DNA of 63,532 nt, filler included, from Basidiobolus ranarum (taxonomy: Eukaryota), in assembly GCA_040143965.1 (NCBI GenBank). It is 26 parts of 26 records of this genome, joined end to end, with 100 filler letters (N's around TTAATTAATTAA, not from the genome) between each part and the next. Parts side by side here need not be neighbours in the genome. Positions count along the whole stretch, not along the records: positions 1 to 2,357 come from JASJQH010010307.1; positions 2,458 to 4,813 come from JASJQH010010308.1; positions 4,914 to 7,268 come from JASJQH010010309.1; positions 7,369 to 9,723 come from JASJQH010010310.1; positions 9,824 to 12,177 come from JASJQH010010311.1; 21 more parts are not named here. One strand, 5' to 3'. The notes beneath the pieces were generated by a model. That model saw nothing but the letters and a program-made list of their open reading frames with translations, was not told the origin of the DNA and ran no database searches. Shown piece by piece: positions 1-11,487 of the stretch. Made by a program: the position numbers and the translations under genes. The stretch's first letter is position 1, and every line of letters starts with the position of its first letter.

Positions 1-825
1 GAGACTGAAAAAATTGATTAAAATCAAATCTAACTTGATGATTTTATGACGGTGAGTAAGCGGTCAATCCCAAATGGATTAAAATTGTGATGGTTTTCCT
101 ACAATAACAATCCTCAAATTTCTGCTAGGGGATTCTTTTCTCCTGAAGCTAAATGACTCCCATTTTGATTAGTGATGGTGCATCCTGACTTACCAAATTG
201 AATTTTAGCTCTTCTCAGGTAACCTTGTATACAGATATCAAATTCTTGCAATATCTGGAACATGTAGTATATCCTTAAAAGCATACACTTTGTCTTCAGA
301 AGCTTCAGTTAAATTGACTCTAATTGTTGCCATTCCAATACCTTCCAATGTGCAGTCATCTCCCATGAAAACCTTTACAATTGGTATTTCTTCATAATTC
401 ACCAACCAATGTTTTTCATCTATGAAATATTGGGAAGCTTGAGAGTCAAAGTACAATATCTGAGTATTCTTGTTGGTAGTCATAAATAGAGCAGATATGA
501 ACAAGTTATCTTCTGCTGTAACCACATTTCCAGATTTAGTATTTTTTTCTTCTTTGACAATTCTTTTAAGCAATCTTTGCTTATATGGCCAGTTTTTTAC
601 AGTAAGCACGTAATTTGTTACTTTTCTTCTTTAAGGGCTTTTGATCTTGATAGGAAGGTTTCCCACAGCCTATTAAAATATTTTTCTTCATTCTTTTGGT
701 TGGATCCCAATTAGCATAAATCTTCATCCAGAAGTCTGCTAAATACATAATTCAAGGTCAATTTTTCAGTTCTTTTTTGCTAGAGCCATTACTAGGCTCT
801 GAAACTTGTGTGGCAGGCTATTCAA

Positions 826-1106
826 TATTGAAATTATTAGGGAGGAATATTGATCTGGCCAGGATTTGAACCTGGGACCTCCTTCACTCTAGCAAGGTGC
901 TCTAACCACTGAGCTACTAGTTCTTGTATGCTATGCCTATATTGCTAGGGAACCTTGACCTAGTCTGTCAATGTATGATACTTTGGCATTTCAGCTATAC
1001 ACACAACTGATTGGCCTTAGACTTTGTGTTCAGATGCAGTCACCATACTCCATATTTTTGTCTTTGAGAATTACTGCTTGTACCACATGTCACCAGACTT
1101 TCAACA
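826..1106 (-). mobile_element. 281-bp solo LTR containing a tRNA-like sequence, inserted into Copia gag
   Basis: Termini T(A)TTGAAA...TTTCAACA; 5-bp TSD TTCAA at 821-825 and 1107-1111; removing it restores the gag frame VTVLN|SLPHKFQSLVMAL. Confidence 0.9.
851..923 (-). pseudogene. tRNA-like cloverleaf inside an LTR (AGA anticodon, short variable loop)
   Basis: GAACTAG TA GCTC AGTGGTTA GAGC A CCTTG CTAGAGT GAAGG AGGTC CCAGG TTCAAAT CCTGG CCAGATC A; perfect D and T stems, Pol III A and B boxes, acceptor stem 5/7 paired. Confidence 0.85.
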
Positions 1107-1950
1107 TTCAAGACTGTAACTTTGATATATTTATCAGTAGAAGGCACTCCAATACATTCAATTTCATCCACTAATATAGTGACTCTATCAATAAGTGATT
1201 TAACATGTTCTACTAGCTCCATCTTTAAGTTAAAGAATTGTCTTCTTAAATACATCTTTTTGGCTGCACAACTTGTTTGGTAAGTGTCTTCCAAGGCTTT
1301 CCATACCTTCTTGGCAGTTTTAGCTTGTGAATATAGAAATAGCAATTTGTCTTTAATAATAAGACATATTGTGTTAAAGGCACTTTGTTCCTTTTTTACC
1401 TGGAGTAAAACTTTGGTTTCAGATAGCTTTGCATTGATTTCTTCTCCTACAATAGTGGCCCAGAGTTTTTTTTTCTTGCAGCAGCATTTTGATTATAATT
1501 CTCCAGACTTGATGTTGATTCCATCCAATTTTTCAGAATAGGGAAAAGTTCCATAAATTTGAGAAGTAGACATTACAGAGAGTGCAAGCTTGGGCTCATA
1601 ACCTGTTAAAGTATTTGGGAGCCTGTTGGAATTGGCTAGGAGAATTAGAGGAATTGGTGGTTTTCACTTATTGATTTATTGAGTAGAAAGTTGACATTTA
1701 CAGTTTTGTCTGGATGTAGGCAAACTAACATGTAGAATGTGTTAAGGAAGGTCCCAGGAGCATGTATGCAAAGCTTGGGGCTTCTAACACAAGTCTGAAA
1801 AATTTATATATCTGAGAACTTCTAAGTTGGTAAGTATGTTCTAAGTAATTCTGATTTAGAATGATGGATAATATCTTAGTGAAATATATGATAACTAAGT
1901 ATTAAGCTATATATGACTATATAGGTGTTTAGACAATATTAATTTTGACA

Positions 1951-2357
1951 GTGTCTATGCTGTTGGAGACAAATCATAACTTGACCAAAAATGGTGCAAA
2001 TCAGATGTTCTTGGATGCAAACAAAAGCCAGAAACTTCTTTATCAATCTATGGTTTGTTGTTTGATATATATAATGGTTGGAAGATGGCCAGACATTGCA
2101 CATTTGTGAGAGTTATGTGCCAGTATCTTCAAAATTATGGATCTGATCAAATCATAACAGTTAAGCAAATTTTCAAATATTTGAAAGGCAATGTGGATCT
2201 GTGCTTAAAATACACATATTCTGGATCAAACTTTGATCTGATGGGATATTCAGATGCAAATTGGGGAAGAGATATTGAAGACAGGAGATCTACAACAGGA
2301 TACTTATTTCTTTGCTGTAATGAAGCTATTTTTTGGAATTCAAAGAAACAACCTACC
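1951..2357 (+). mobile_element. Copia RT/RNase H fragment
   Basis: LMGYSDANWGRDIEDRRSTTGYLF...IFWNSKKQPT, the Copia RNase H motif. Confidence 0.9.
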
Positions 2358-2457
2358 NNNNNNNNNNNNNNNNNNNNNNNNNNNNNNNNNNNNNNNNNNN
2401 NTTAATTAATTAANNNNNNNNNNNNNNNNNNNNNNNNNNNNNNNNNNNNNNNNNNNN
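2358..2457. other. Artificial contig spacer (first of 25): N-run with TTAATTAATTAA
   Basis: Identical 100-nt spacers recur about every 2.45 kb; contig lengths fall steadily from 2357 to 2338 bp. Confidence 0.99.
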
Positions 2458-2659
2458 GTTGATCCATAGTTCTCTGAGATTTTAGCCAATCATTTGCAAC
2501 TATTTTGCAAGATCTTGAAATTTCACTCCTGAAACTGAAAAATTGATTAAAATCAAATCTAACTTGATAATTTTATGACAGTAAGACAATGGTCAATCCC
2601 AAATGGATTAAAATTGTGATGGTTTTCCTACAATAACAATCCGCAAATTTCTGTTAGGG

Positions 2660-4123
2660 AAGGGGATCAGCTGGAGCCAGAGCTTCCCATTAGGCACTAT
2701 GCACTTACTATTCAACAACATTCCAATACTACTTATTCAGCTATATAGTGGAAAATTCAATATGAATGAGCCATTTGAGATAAGATTGAAGTTTGAATGC
2801 ATTGGGAAAATGCTTGAAAACATCAAGATACCCTCATATTTTACCAGGACTCCCATCAATATCCACTCATCTAGGCATTTATTCAAATGCAAAGACTGGA
2901 AGTATTGGATTTGTGGACTTGTTCCATTGTGCCAGGATTTATTTGACCTTGGATCAATATATTAGAGTAAATGTGATTGACTTTGATCATGCCAGAGGGT
3001 GATGGATAGTGCCAAATTGTGCCACATAAATTTCAGATTACTTTATCCAATATGATATATATGGCACAATCTGGCACTATCACAGAGAACAAGTCCTGTA
3101 TATACACAAGTGGAATGCTGCCTGGTAAGTATTAGCAACATTGGGAGTTGTTTGTGGATTTTGTTAATATATTCCTATGGCATCAACTCACGTTGGCAGA
3201 TCTCAGGCAGATACAGTAACTGTGCAAAGATTTTGTAATTGGATATGAAAAACTTTATTATAGGTTTAAAGAAGATAGACAGAATATATGCCAGTATTCA
3301 ATACACTCCCTGCTGCATCTTTCAGAGTGCTTAGAGATTATAGGCCCTTGCTATACATTCTGGGAGTTCCCAATGGGTGCACCTGTGGTGAAATGATGCT
3401 CAGTGCAAAATTGTCAGTATTACTGTATGCTAATCTGATTAACAATGTATCAGCAAAATCAGTCATGGATGTAATGCAATGGGTTAAGGAGACTCCAGAG
3501 TATATGAACCATCCAACAAAGGGCTCTTTTCAATGTGCTCACAGGTTTTTGCATTGTTTGAGCACAATAACAGCAACAAAGCCTAATCCATGGACACAGA
3601 GTAAGTACCTTTATAATTTGGACTAATTTGGTTGTGTGTTAGTCTGACAGTACTTCTAGAAAGCTGCAAGACAGACTTCTTGGTGAGATAGATCAAGATA
3701 CACAGTATTATTGTTTTAGCCATAGGTAATCAATTCAAGCAATGACATATCTACTTGTGGCAGGACATTTGTTGACTGCAAGTTGGGGATATTTTGGCTG
3801 AATTCTTCATAGAAATTTGCAAAAATCCAGGAGCTTATTCTCATTGTGAATGGTAACAAGATTCAGCCATTTGCCATGTGTCAGTGCCATTCAAAATTTC
3901 AGATGTTCAGCAATTTTTCCACTGTTAGTTTGCTGGTATAGCATATTGATGTTGTTGAGTTATGTCTGATCAGTTAAGTATATGCATATGTAGAGACTAA
4001 ACACAACAAGATTCTTGTATTTTTTGATTCTCATTGTGGCTGGAATACAAAGCCTAAAATATCTAAATAAAGGCATGCATAGTAATTCAAATTCCTACAG
4101 TAGTAAATTTATTTTTGTTAGGG
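2660..4123 (+). mobile_element. CACTA/CMC-like transposase pseudogene (C-terminal part) plus terminus A; a terminus B copy (2458-2659) abuts it
   Basis: IPSYFTRTP..FKCKDWKYWI and the LYY..SIHSLLHL..FWEFPM motifs resemble Tnp2/DUF4218 transposases; ends in TTTTTGTTAGGG. Confidence 0.75.
2915..3096 (+). mobile_element. 182-bp MITE
   Basis: 10-bp TIR GGACTTGTTC/GAACAAGTCC, 3-bp TSD TGT; absent from the homologous transposase copy near 14150-14170; second copy at 62653-62834. Confidence 0.85.
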
Positions 4124-4363
4124 TTCCTATAACAGATTCATGTCCACTTGCATTTATATGATACAATGATTTTGCACAGAGTATGTTACATTAGTGTATT
4201 TTTGTTGCTTGAGCTTCTTTGGCTTATTTTGCAGCAGGAACAAAAGTCCCATGTCTTCCAGTGCAGTGATGTAGCCTGTCTTTGTTTGTTGCTTGTGGGC
4301 TTTGGATTAATCTCAAATATGCAAGGTGCTGTAGTTGTTTTAGGTTGTAAGCAGCAACTATAA

Positions 4364-4813
4364 CTGTTTAAGTATTTGGGAGCCTGTTGGAAGTGGTTTG
4401 GAGAATTAGAGGAATTGGTGGCTTTCACTTATTGATTTATTTAGTAGAAAGTTGACATTTATAGTTTTGTCAAGATGTAAACAAACTAACATGTAGAATA
4501 TGTTAAGGAAAGTCCCAGGAACATGTGTGCAAAGTTTGGGGCTACTACCACAAGTTTGAAAAATCTATATATCTGAGAACCTCTAAGTTGGTAAAAGTAT
4601 TCTAAGTAAATTCCAATTGAGAATAATTGATAATATCTTAGTGAATTATAAGATAGCTAAGTACTAAGCTATATATGACTATATAGGTGCTTAGGCAATG
4701 CTAGTTTCAACACTCTCCCTCAACTAAATAGTCATATAAACTAATCCTAATAAAGGTCTAAATTTCTCAAATTTCTGTCTAGCTAATGGTTTGGTTAATA
4801 TATCAGCAATCAT
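4364..4813 (-). mobile_element. Copia family A 3' LTR with PPT and end of RNase H
   Basis: LTR matches 1604-1950; purine tract GTTGAGGGAGAG; MIADILTKPL on the minus strand. Confidence 0.85.
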
Positions 4814-4913
4814 NNNNNNNNNNNNNNNNNNNNNNNNNNNNNNNNNNNNNNNNNNNNTTAATTAATTAANNNNNNNNNNNNNNNNNNNNNNNNNNNNNNN
4901 NNNNNNNNNNNNN

Positions 4914-5361
4914 CTTCCCAGACATGTTTCCCTTCAAGCACAAGTTGTATCTTGAATTTCCATACATGGAGAACTTCCCCATTGAATGTTGGAATATTAG
5001 TAATCTCCTTTGGGAAGAAGACTCTAATTCACTGACAGCTACCTTGTTGGAGGAACTTGACATAATGGGGGTAGACTTTGTATATTAGAAGCAACTTATG
5101 ATAGTGTTTTTTAGTTACTTTATACTTATGAGTATAGGGTGACTAATATAGTAAAAAAGTAAATCAATAGTTTGAGATATTTAGGAGTTTTTGTAATAAG
5201 ATATAATAGCTAAGTGGGGGTAATAACACATACTTGTTATATATATATAGAGATATTTGTATTTAGAATATAGGGGCTATAGATATGTTGCCTTCTGCTT
5301 CTGATATATGTATCATAACTAAAGTTAACCAAGATGTTGAATAAAGATTAATTATCCAACA
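4914..5361. repeat. Dispersed LTR-like repeat (family D)
   Basis: Homologous to ~9905-10030 and ~39740-40150; all copies end ...TTAATTATCCAACA. Confidence 0.65.
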
Positions 5362-6813
5362 AATTCTCTTAGTATTAGAATTTGACATCATATCTGCTAT
5401 GCTATCCTTTCTTAGCAATCTTGTACTTATTTATCCAGGTTTCCTTATATGGAAGTTGTGTTCTTTAGAATGTTTCATGAAACTCAACCAGTCAGATAAG
5501 GAGTTTTCAAGCTATGCTATAAGCCCTGAACTTGGTACAAATGCTCCTGGCACCTCCCTAGCACACTCTCTACATTTGGTTGCTTACATCATGATAAAAC
5601 TGTAAGGTCAAATTTCTACTCAATTAGCAATCAGTGAAAGCCACCAATGCTTTTGGTTCTTCAAACCATTTCCAACACACTCTAAAAATACTTTGAAATT
5701 TAAAGCACTGAACAGAATATATTTGCTGCCTATACCACAATAGTAAAGCATTCAATGAGAGAATATCAAGAACTACTGCTTAAGCTCTACTTAAGTACAA
5801 TGTCAGATATCCAGCTAAAAAATGAAGTGAATTTAGTGTTGTTGCTAAATCCAAGTGGCTTAAAAGATGTGGGTTAGTTATGTGTCCCAGTTAATTTCAA
5901 TTCAAAACCTTAATGAGTGAATAATCAATATACAGCAACTATTTGCTTGCTCAACTAGTATGTGATTTCCTACCCTAATCATAATCATTCTTTTAGATAT
6001 TTGGTGACCCATTTGCTTGGCTCTTTCTGATTAATATTTCAATAGTTTGTAGTAGCAAAGCTCACTTCAACTTTGACTTGCGCTGTGTTTCAATGAATGC
6101 TGGTTTCTCATCTACTATCTGGTATGTTTCAATGAGAACTATTATTTTTTCTCATAAGCAACACATCCCAGTTAAAACTAATCATTCATTTACTATTTAG
6201 GATATTTCAACAAAATCTTGTTGCTCAACCAATGCCTATTGTGTCTTAATAGGTAACACAGCTTTATTTCAGTTTTCTGCAATCTGTACACCACAAAGTC
6301 TAGCTGTCTTGAAGACAATATCACTGTTGTAGCATGGCAAAAATTTCCTATTTTGAAGCCAAATATTTGCACAAATTTAATATGTTTATGTAATGTTCTA
6401 GCCTTTAATTGTTGTATGTTAGATAATTTTGGGATGTTGCATCAATTATGAAAGAGTTCTCTACCAATTGCTCCAATAATCTTGGTTTCAATACCTGTCT
6501 TACATTATTACTCCTCGGCTGTTAGCCTTGCATTATATATCACTGTTTCCTGCCCCACCACTGGCTTGCAACTACCCTTAGTATTCATCACTGTGACTTT
6601 ACATGCAAATCATAAGCCAAAATATAAATCAAAATATCTTCTAGTAGATAAGTCAATGACTAAAGAAAGGAGTATGAAATTAGTAATGATCATCAGAGAA
6701 ACTTAAACCAAACATGATGGATAAGGATTTTTTTATAAAAGAATGAACATATTTAGGTTTTCTCCACGGTATATTTGTTAAAAAAGCATATGTGTGTAGA
6801 TGTGGAAGTACAA

Positions 6814-7268
6814 TTATTGCCCAAACAATCTTTTGTATAATTCAGCTGCCTTCCCTTCTCCACTGTGATCAGAGGTATCATAGCTAGCTCCTCCAGTGCC
6901 ACCTCCATTGTCACCTGAACCGCCACCCTGGCTGAATGCACCACCGCCATTAACGCCAGATCCATCACCATTGCCTCCAGCCCCACTGTCAGGGCCATAT
7001 ACTCCAGCTCCTCTGCCGTTACCACCAGATCCACCACCGTTTCCACCATTTCCTCCTGATCCGCTGCCAGAGCCTCCACCATTTCCTCCTGATCCACTTC
7101 CAGCGTCATAGACTCCCCCGCCTCCACCATTACCACCACCATTTCCTCCTGCCCCACTGCCAGGGCCATATGCTCCTCCACCATTAGCATCGGTCCCTCC
7201 TCCGTTGCCGCCACCCCCACCCCCATTTCCGCCGGAACCTCTGCAAGACACATAGGCGCCAGCTCCGA
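6814..7268 (-). CDS. Glycine-rich repeat protein, C-terminal part (5' end cut by contig edge)
   Basis: Open frame with repeats of (Y/F)xxxxG(S/A)GGNGG, ending KAAELYKRLFGQ*; CpGs retained, unlike the TE DNA. Confidence 0.65.
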
Positions 7269-7367
7269 NNNNNNNNNNNNNNNNNNNNNNNNNNNNNNNN
7301 NNNNNNNNNNNNTTAATTAATTAANNNNNNNNNNNNNNNNNNNNNNNNNNNNNNNNNNNNNNNNNNN

Positions 7368-7716
7368 NTTCCTAAAGAGATATAGCATTGTAACAGGAAA
7401 GTATAGAGGAAAATCATTTTGTGGGCCTCAATCAAAGTTAGGCAAAGTAGTCAAAATCTTGATTAATTCTCAATACATCAATACTCAAAGATATCCATTT
7501 AGAGCTCTAGACTTAAGACACTATGAATAAAGCTTTCATTATCTTTTGAATGTGCAATAATGTCTAAAAGTACTTTTCTTAAACACACCACATAAGTAAA
7601 ATAAACTGTTTCCAAAATGGTAAATAACATTGTGCAGGATAGTGCCCAATCATGCCAATTTGTGCTGGCACACTTTCTAGCTGGCCTGATCTGGCTCAAT
7701 AAAATGGAACAAGTCT
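7368..7716 (+). mobile_element. PIF/Harbinger-group element: transposase 3' end and right terminus
   Basis: FLKRYSIVTGKYRG; homology with other copies stops at ...AATGGAACAAGTCT|AAT; the same end occurs at 26232 and 58420. Confidence 0.7.
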
Positions 7717-7934
7717 AATATGTTAAGAAAGGTCCCAGGAACATGTGTGCAAAGTTTGGGGCTTCTAGCACAAGTTTGAAAAATATATATATATGAGAAC
7801 TTCTAAGTTGGTAAAAATTTCCTAAGTAAATTCCAATTGAGAATAATTGATGATATCTTAGTGAATTATAAGATAACTAAGTACTAAGCTATATAAATGA
7901 CTATATAGGTATTTAGGCAATGCTAATTTCAACA

Positions 7935-9125
7935 CTTAGGCATCTGTTTTTGATATTAACTGCAGTCAAGACAGATTCAGCCTCAATTTGGTAAACTGAC
8001 TACTGATTATGTAACATTGATCATGACATCTCCTCTATGGTCATATTAACATGTTCTGCAACTCCATTTTGATCTGAAGTATAAGGTATAGTAGTTTATT
8101 GCTTAATTCCATGTTAAGAACAAAAATTAGCAAATCCTTTGGAGCAGTATTCTCCACAATAATCACTCAATGCTATTGTTAATTTTTGTGCGGATTCTTT
8201 CTCTACCATTGCTTTGCAGTGCTTGAATGTATTTCAGGCTTCAGATTATGATTTGAGAAATAATACCCAAGTATAACTTGTTTTGTTAACAATGGATATC
8301 ATAAAATACCTTTTGCCACCTTGTGAGATTTTTTTCATGGGCCTACATATGTCAAATTAAATTGGGGCAAAATTTGGAGTAGATTTGGGCTCCCCACAGC
8401 TTGAAAATAGCAGTGTGTGATGTTGTCCTATATGCAACCTTCACACAGATCTAGTTTGTTGATATTTGCAAATTCCAAGCCTGAAACAAGCTGATTTAGG
8501 AACATTTGGGGCAGTTTCTGTTCCCCTATGTGGCCAAATATTTTTTGCCATGTTTAACAGCTAATTTTGCTTTTTTTGGCCAAGTTTGCATGCTCAGAAT
8601 GCAATTTGCTTCTTCCAGCTTGTAAACATTTTGAATTTTGACCCCAGCTAATTTGGTAGTATCCTGATCTGGGATAGTGAATCCAGCTTTAGGGAACTGA
8701 AAATTTTGTCCTTGAGCTATTGTTTGGTGTACTGGGAATAGATTCTTGACCATACTTGGCATATGGATTACATCATTTGATTTTGCAGATGATGTAGCTG
8801 AATTTTGGTCTAACTTGAGCCTAACTGTGTGCTTACTAAATGCGTCTAGTGCATAGTCATCACTTAAATAGACTTTCCTGGTTTGGCTGCATTTTAGGCT
8901 GGAAAAAAACCTTTCTTTTTTGACATATGCTGGTGAGCTCCTGAATCAATGTACCACAGTTCTGAGTCTACCTTAATGGTTACTGCTAAGGTGGACACAA
9001 ATATATGATCCCCATTAGTGCTTAATTGATATTCTTATTCCAGTTTTAGCTTTTTGGCAAAAATACTTTTTCTGCAATCTTTGCTTTAATAGCCTTGTTT
9101 CTTGCAATACTTGCATATGTTTGAT
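7935..9125 (-). mobile_element. Copia protease-integrase pseudogene
   Basis: WYIDSGA protease motif, GAG-pre-integrase region and integrase core remnants (DICGP-like, GEYCS). Confidence 0.8.
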
Positions 9126-9133
9126 TTTAATTA

Positions 9134-9723
9134 GGGGCACAATTATTGGAGCCTGTTGGATGCTTTACAGCTATGAAGAATGCCAATCTGCATTATTTTG
9201 CTAATAATTAGGTCTCCCTAATTCCTGATTCAAAAGTCCAGGACCAACATATTCCATAGTTCATGGCTCTGATCCTGACTCTAGGGCTGTTTTGAGGTCC
9301 CTAAACATGTCTGGCAGGCTCGCAAGTAGTGTCTTGACTAAGTAGTGTTCATTTAAAGATGCTTGAATGGTTGAGAGCTGATCTGTCATAGTCTTTATCT
9401 ATTATATCCAATTGACCTTAGATTCATCCAAATTCAAGTGAATCGTCCAAATTTTGATCAAAGATTTAGCCTAGTAGCCAGACATTTGGTCTCATATACT
9501 TCAAAAAATATTTTCCAATCAGATTTAAGTGCCTATTAATGGTAGCAAAATTGGGAGAAGCTTCCATACCAGGCTTCAAGTAAGTAATAATTATCTGGCT
9601 TCAGTTATGAATGATGTCAAAGGTGCCTGGGACAAAAGATTTAGAGACTGTAATTTCCTTCCATTTCCTGGAGTATTTCCCAATAGAGTTCATATCAGAA
9701 GTACTCTTGACACATTTCCAGTC
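9134..9723 (+). mobile_element. PIF/Harbinger-group transposase, N-terminal part
   Basis: ..AWDKRFRDCNFLPFPGVFPNRVHIRSTLDTFPV overlaps the copy at 25388-25540, which continues into the DDE core. Confidence 0.65.
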
Positions 9724-10029
9724 NNNNNNNNNNNNNNNNNNNNNNNNNNNNNNNNNNNNNNNNNNNNTTAATTAATTAANNNNNNNNNNNNNNNNNNNNN
9801 NNNNNNNNNNNNNNNNNNNNNNNACACTCACTCCCCCCCCATCCCCCACACGCGCCACCACAACCCCACCCTCCCCCCGCCGGGGGCGCTCACTAGACAC
9901 ACTAGTTATATAGATCTAGAGATATTCCTATTTAGAATATAGGGGCTGTATATATGTTGCTTTCTGTTGCTGATGTATGTATCATAACTAAAGTTAACTA
10001 TGATGTTTAATAATGATTAATTATCCAAC

Positions 10030-11076
10030 ATGCCTATTCATAAAACATCTCAAAAATATACACAATTATCAACTTGGAAAAGAAAGAAAAGAAGCTAAAG
10101 AAGTACTCAAGGAGCAGAAGTTAGTAAACCCAAGGGAAAAGGAAAGGAGCCAGTGAGTGTAGATTCAACTGTCCTACTTACCAAATTCTTAACACCATTA
10201 CAAATATCTGCATTTCCAGAGTCAGTTATACTGGCTAAAAAGCTTAATTGCACCAAGGAACCAGGTTAACCAGTTGGAAGAGTGCTAAATTTGGAAGTTT
10301 TTCCTACACCTGGCACCTATCAACAAGCCAAAACACCAGCAAATAAAACTCAAGGCTCTCCAACCTCAACTGGTATTTTTCAAAGTGCTGAAATTAGCCC
10401 CAAAGTTAAAGGCAGGCAAAAGGCCACACAAAAACCACAAATCATCCTCAGTAGTGTTACACTACAGGATGTATAAAAATAGTCAAAGTGCTTGAGGAGT
10501 ATTTTCAAAGTATGAATGTAAAAATGCAGCGCAAGTATGCCAAAAGTGGCTTCACAAGAAGAACATTCAACTTGACATTCAGTCTGGTGTTGACCATGGA
10601 GATATTGGGGAAGAACCTGATGCATAGTGGCACAATATTCCAGGATATCCACCAGATAGCTGGAAGAATGTTGATACAGCAATGTTAATACAATGGTGGG
10701 CTTTGACAGAGTTATTGATACAAACTCATGTTGGGTATGAGCTAAACCTTGGGTATGAAGAAGTATATAAAAATATTCAGAAGAATATATTAAAGAAACT
10801 ATGGATTTCAAAGGTGACAAATTGGCATTCAAGTGGTAAATATGCAAAATTTGAGTTGCATTTTTTGCACTTGTGTTGTTCCATAGTTCTCTGAGAATGT
10901 ATTCAATCATGTGCAACTACTTTGCAAGATCTTGAAATGTCACTCCTGAAACTGAAAAAATTGATTAAAATCAAATCTTACTTAAAAATTTTATGGCCTT
11001 AGGCAAATGGTCAATCCAAAATGGATTAAAATTGTGATGGTTTTCTACAACAACAATCATCAAATTTCTGTTAGGG
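10030..11076 (+). mobile_element. CACTA-like accessory ORF2 (3' part) and terminus B
   Basis: Homologous to 27880-28931; ends in AAATTTCTGTTAGGG. Confidence 0.75.
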
Positions 11077-11487
11077 TACCCAATCTTTGGATATAGAGTA
11101 AGTATCTCTATAATTCAGACTGATTTGTTTGTGTTCTAATCCAAAGGTATTTCAAGGAAAGCTTCAAGATAGACTTCTTTATGAGATAGATCAAGATATG
11201 GAGTATTATCATTTTGGCCATGGGTTAATATATTCAAGCAATGACACATCTACTTGTGGCAGGACATTTAGTGACTTCAAGTTGGGTATATCTTGGCTGA
11301 ATTTTTTATGGAAATTTGGCAAAATCCAAGAGCTTATTCTCATTGTAAATGGTAACAAGAGTCAGCTATTTACCAAGTGTAGGTGCTATTCAAAATTTTG
11401 GATGTTTAGCAATTTTTCCACCATGAGTTTGCTGGTAAAGCATATTGATGTTGTTGAGTTATATCTGACTAAACACATTGTGATTCT

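Larger units (their letters stand above)
170..1950 (-). mobile_element. Ty1/Copia family A, 5' part: LTR (1604-1950), PBS (1592-1603), degenerate gag-protease
   Basis: LTR end ...TTTAACA followed by PBS GGTTATGAGCCC; gag starts MSTSQ..SEKLDG; contains TAKKVWKALEDTY and protease motif LYFDSQASQYF; frameshifts and stops. Confidence 0.9.

Noticed and set aside
851-923. Functional tRNA-Ser(AGA) gene
   Set aside because: No long variable arm, mismatched acceptor and anticodon stems, no oligo-T terminator, and embedded in a TSD-flanked LTR
2358-2457. Regularly spaced TTAATTAATTAA palindromes resembling a repeat array
   Set aside because: Artificial linkers inside N-runs; ORFs that run into X residues or end in LIN are also artefacts
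6753-7253. Alternative-frame ORFs (Val/Glu/Met-rich 6753-7253; Pro-rich 6896-7111)
   Set aside because: Shadow frames of the GGN-rich glycine repeat
7499-7699. Small ORF MSQIRPA.. seen in three places (also 25980-26165 and 58437-58656)
   Set aside because: Antisense frame in the subterminal region of a repeated transposon; recurrence reflects copy number, and the frame is only partly conserved
9131-9145. TTA|GGGGCAC as the left terminus of the Harbinger-group element
   Set aside because: Does not match the right-end TIR AGACTTGTTCC; may be a deletion junction
9824-9905. C-rich tract, potential G-quadruplex or telomere-like sequence
   Set aside because: Lies at a contig edge and replaces sequence that differs in homologous copies; most likely a low-quality read end
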